From a virus (taxonomy: Duplodnaviria; Caudoviricetes): a stretch of 59,008 bases of DNA. The translations under genes were made by a program, and so were the position numbers. The stretch is from positions 1-59,008 of IMG/VR virus record IMGVR_UViG_3300044994_000135, one strand, 5' to 3'. The notes beneath the pieces were generated by a model. That model was not told where the DNA came from. It saw only the letters and a program-made list of their open reading frames with translations, and made no database searches. Shown piece by piece: positions 56,513 to 59,008 of the stretch; within the stretch, counting starts at the first letter, position 1, and each line of letters opens with the position of its first letter.

Positions 56513-57325
56513 TTAGACCTTTGGTGAAAAATTGTTCATAAAGTTTTCGAGCGCCTTCGGGTTCGAGCGGAAGAACTCCGTCTGCCTGTCCTTCGGCCAG
56601 AGCGCGAAGTCCGCCGGCGTGCTCGTCTGCCCGTTGGTGACGGCGGGCTTGGTCCCGGAGGCCGGCTTGGTGCCGCCCACGGCCTCGCTCACGAACATGC
56701 GGGGCGCGACCTTGGCCAGCTCCTCGGCCCACTCCTCGGGCTGCATGTACTCCCCAGGGTTGACGCGGGAATAGCGGATCGTCCCCTTCTCGTCGCGGAT
56801 GACGATCTCGCCGTCCTGCATATCCATGAACCGCTCGACGTCCGCCTGGACGAACCGGTGGAACTCGGGGTGCAGTTTCGGCCCGATGCGGCCCATCACG
56901 TTCTTGGTGACGCGCTCAGTCTTGAGCTCCGACTTCAGCCTGGCGTTCTCCTCCTCGAGTGCCGCCTTCTCGGCGCCCAGGTCCTTGCGGAGCTTGGCCT
57001 CGCGCGCGGCGTACTGCCGTTCCATCTCCTCGGGGTTGTTCTTGGCCCTTTCGGCCATGAGCTGCTCGCGCTCGGCCTTGAGCGCCTTGTACTCCTCGAA
57101 ATCGATGCCGTTGAGCTGCGCCTTGATGGCGTCGAGCTGCTTTTTCGTGTCGACCAGCTCGCCCTCGAATCGCCGGGCGCGCTCTAACGCCTTCTCGTAC
57201 TTGGCAGCGTCAACGGTCTGAGTGGCGGATGTTCCTTCTCCGCTCGCGCTCGCGCTCGCGCTCGCGTCGCCTTGTGCCTGGGGGGTGGTGGGTGAACTTG
57301 CTGATGATGCCGTATCGCCGGACAT
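56513..57325 (-). CDS. Capsid scaffolding protein
   Basis: Low-complexity N-terminus and long coiled coil; upstream of the capsid gene. Confidence 0.78.
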   Translation of the reverse strand: MSGDTASSASSPTTPQAQGDASASASASGEGTSATQTVDAAKYEKALERARRFEGELVDTKKQLDAIKAQLNGIDFEEYKALKAEREQLMAERAKNNPEEMERQYAAREAKLRKDLGAEKAALEEENARLKSELKTERVTKNVMGRIGPKLHPEFHRFVQADVERFMDMQDGEIVIRDEKGTIRYSRVNPGEYMQPEEWAEELAKVAPRMFVSEAVGGTKPASGTKPAVTNGQTSTPADFALWPKDRQTEFFRSNPKALENFMNNFSPKV

Positions 57326-57332
57326 AAACCTT

Positions 57333-57752
57333 CTACTTCGCTTCCCGCATTGCCTTCACTATCCGCCGTACCTGCTCATCGGCCAACCCGAAGAACCTGC
57401 GGCGCACTTGGTTCCCGGCCGCCTTCAACGCCTCGCGGGCGGAGTTGAAGAAAATGCGGCCCTCGCTCCCGTTGGAGGTGCGCTTGACCTCGTGGGTGAT
57501 GGCCGACAACATGTTGCCGGAAAACTCTAAATTGGGCGGGCTGACCTGGCGGCCCGCGCTCTGCCGAAACCTGGCGTACGCCGGGGAGTACGGCGCGAAC
57601 GGGCCGCCGTCGACGTCCTTCCCGCTCCTCGTGCGGCGGATGATGCGGGTAGCCTCGTCGGCGAGCTGCTGCTCGAACGCCCCGAGGCACCTCTCGATCT
57701 GAGCTTGGGGGAGAGAGACGAAAACGTGCTGGTTCTTGATGTCGATCCCCAT
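57333..57752 (-). CDS. Virion morphogenesis protein (Mu gpG-like)
   Basis: FAPYSPAY, NLEFSGNML and RRFFGL motifs. Confidence 0.7.
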   Translation of the reverse strand: MGIDIKNQHVFVSLPQAQIERCLGAFEQQLADEATRIIRRTRSGKDVDGGPFAPYSPAYARFRQSAGRQVSPPNLEFSGNMLSAITHEVKRTSNGSEGRIFFNSAREALKAAGNQVRRRFFGLADEQVRRIVKAMREAK

Positions 57753-58558
57753 CAGGATGGATCGGCCTCCGCGTTTCGCTCTGTCATGATCTCGTCTGCC
57801 AACTCGTCCGAAATGGGCCGCCAGTGGTGGCGGCAGTTGTACCCGCCGCCGTAGACCTCGACCGGTAGGCCCTGGCCGTTGTCCATCGCGCGGATCTCTT
57901 CGAGTGAGTATACCCGATCCACGTGCTCGGCGCAAAACGGGCGGGTCCGCTCGTCGTCCGGGCCGACGTACAGGAACTTGGTGATCCCGGCTTTCTCGGC
58001 CTTCTTGATGTGCGTGAGCCGCTGGAACGCCATCCCGGCTGTGTTGAGCTCGGTCTTCACGTGCCGGAACGCGGCGTCGCCCAGGTTGTCGATGATGGCG
58101 TCCGGGTCCGGGCGCTTTCCGAGCACTACCGAATCCAGCACCGCCGACCGCACGTCGCCGAGGTAGTTCCGAATGGTGCGGGAGGCCATATCCAGGCGGT
58201 CATCGGCCAGCGCCTCGAGGCTCCTCCTGGCGAACCCGCCGAGCGGGGCTTTCAGCCCGGTGGTGTCGGTGAACTCGCCGGCGGCGATGAGGAACCTCCC
58301 GGCGAGCACCTCGCGGATGCCCCCAAGCCGCTCCGCCGCTGCGGTCGACGAGAGCGCCTCGTCCAGGTCCGCCAGTGCGCGCGCGGCCTCACGCACGGTG
58401 GCCTCCGTGGGGATGTCCCGCACGCTGCGTCGCACGTACCGTTCAACGAACCGCCTAAGCGCCTCGACCAGCCGGTCCACCTGGCCCTCGGCCAGCGCGA
58501 GCTGGTCTTTCGCCCTGCGGTTCAGCCGACTGACTATCCTGCTGCCCCTGTCCGCCAT
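57752..58558 (-). CDS. Minor head protein (MuF/SPP1 gp7-like)
   Basis: DERTRPFC and GGYNCRH motifs; downstream of the portal. Confidence 0.78.
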   Translation of the reverse strand: MADRGSRIVSRLNRRAKDQLALAEGQVDRLVEALRRFVERYVRRSVRDIPTEATVREAARALADLDEALSSTAAAERLGGIREVLAGRFLIAAGEFTDTTGLKAPLGGFARRSLEALADDRLDMASRTIRNYLGDVRSAVLDSVVLGKRPDPDAIIDNLGDAAFRHVKTELNTAGMAFQRLTHIKKAEKAGITKFLYVGPDDERTRPFCAEHVDRVYSLEEIRAMDNGQGLPVEVYGGGYNCRHHWRPISDELADEIMTERNAEADPS

Positions 58559-59008
58559 CTTCCTCTAGTGCCGACATCAGCGCGCCGTTTGGCCCGACCG
58601 TGACCTCCGGACGAGCCGGCTCGTCCGGAAGAGCTTCGATGTCTTTCAGGATCCGCTCCTCGTCCTTGTCCGGGAGGTCCATCTTCTGGGCGAACTTCTT
58701 GAGGACGGCCTTGCGCCAGCTCGGGATCTCGTCAATGTCCCGCCGAACAAGGGTAACCATCTCGATGAGCTGCTCCACGTCCTCGATCGACACATCGCGG
58801 GAGAACGTCACCCTGCCGTCGAACTTCGCGCCCTTTTCGGGCCCGTACACGTAAACGGCGTAGTGCTTGACCATGCGGTTTACCGCGTTCTCGATCTCCT
58901 CGATCTTGCCCTGTACCAGCGACAGCAGCTCGTCCTTCATCTCGCGGATGGTGTCGGCCCCGGCCACGGCCTTGCTGTTGGCCGCGAGCGACTGGATGCG
59001 GTTGAACC
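58455..59008 (-). CDS. Portal protein, C-terminal part
   Basis: In frame with 1174-1 across the terminal repeat. Confidence 0.78.
   Translation of the reverse strand, partial: FNRIQSLAANSKAVAGADTIREMKDELLSLVQGKIEEIENAVNRMVKHYAVYVYGPEKGAKFDGRVTFSRDVSIEDVEQLIEMVTLVRRDIDEIPSWRKAVLKKFAQKMDLPDKDEERILKDIEALPDEPARPEVTVGPNGALMSALEEDGGQGQQDSQSAEPQGERPARAGRGPGGPAGRGA
58832..59008. repeat. Terminal direct repeat, copy 2
   Basis: Matches 1-177 with two substitutions. Confidence 0.95.

Overview
The window is an apparently complete, circularly permuted genome of about 58.8 kb from a GC-rich temperate tailed phage (long non-contractile tail type). Bases 1-177 repeat at 58832-59008, and the join restores a portal gene. 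The minus strand (11.3 kb back through the join to 36.2 kb) carries primase-helicase, an iteron-rich origin, packaging, head, tail and lysis genes. The plus strand (11.4-36.2 kb) carries SNF2 helicase, SSB-like and Cas4-like genes, a secreted pectate-lyase-like protein, a zincin protease and a sigma factor. The most unusual feature is that this virion-forming genome also carries conjugative-mobilisation hardware. A membrane-anchored type IV coupling protein lies between terS and terL. A block at about 23-34 kb holds DUF932, an SSB-like gene, a vWA plus pseudokinase pair, an RHH protein, a TrwC/MobF-type relaxase, a second coupling protein, a tyrosine integrase and an intact attP-like site built on the 5' half of tRNA-Pro(CGG). 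A roughly 700 nt hairpin-rich, GNRA-rich candidate non-coding RNA lies just left of that block. All family assignments come from motif recognition by eye; no searches were run.
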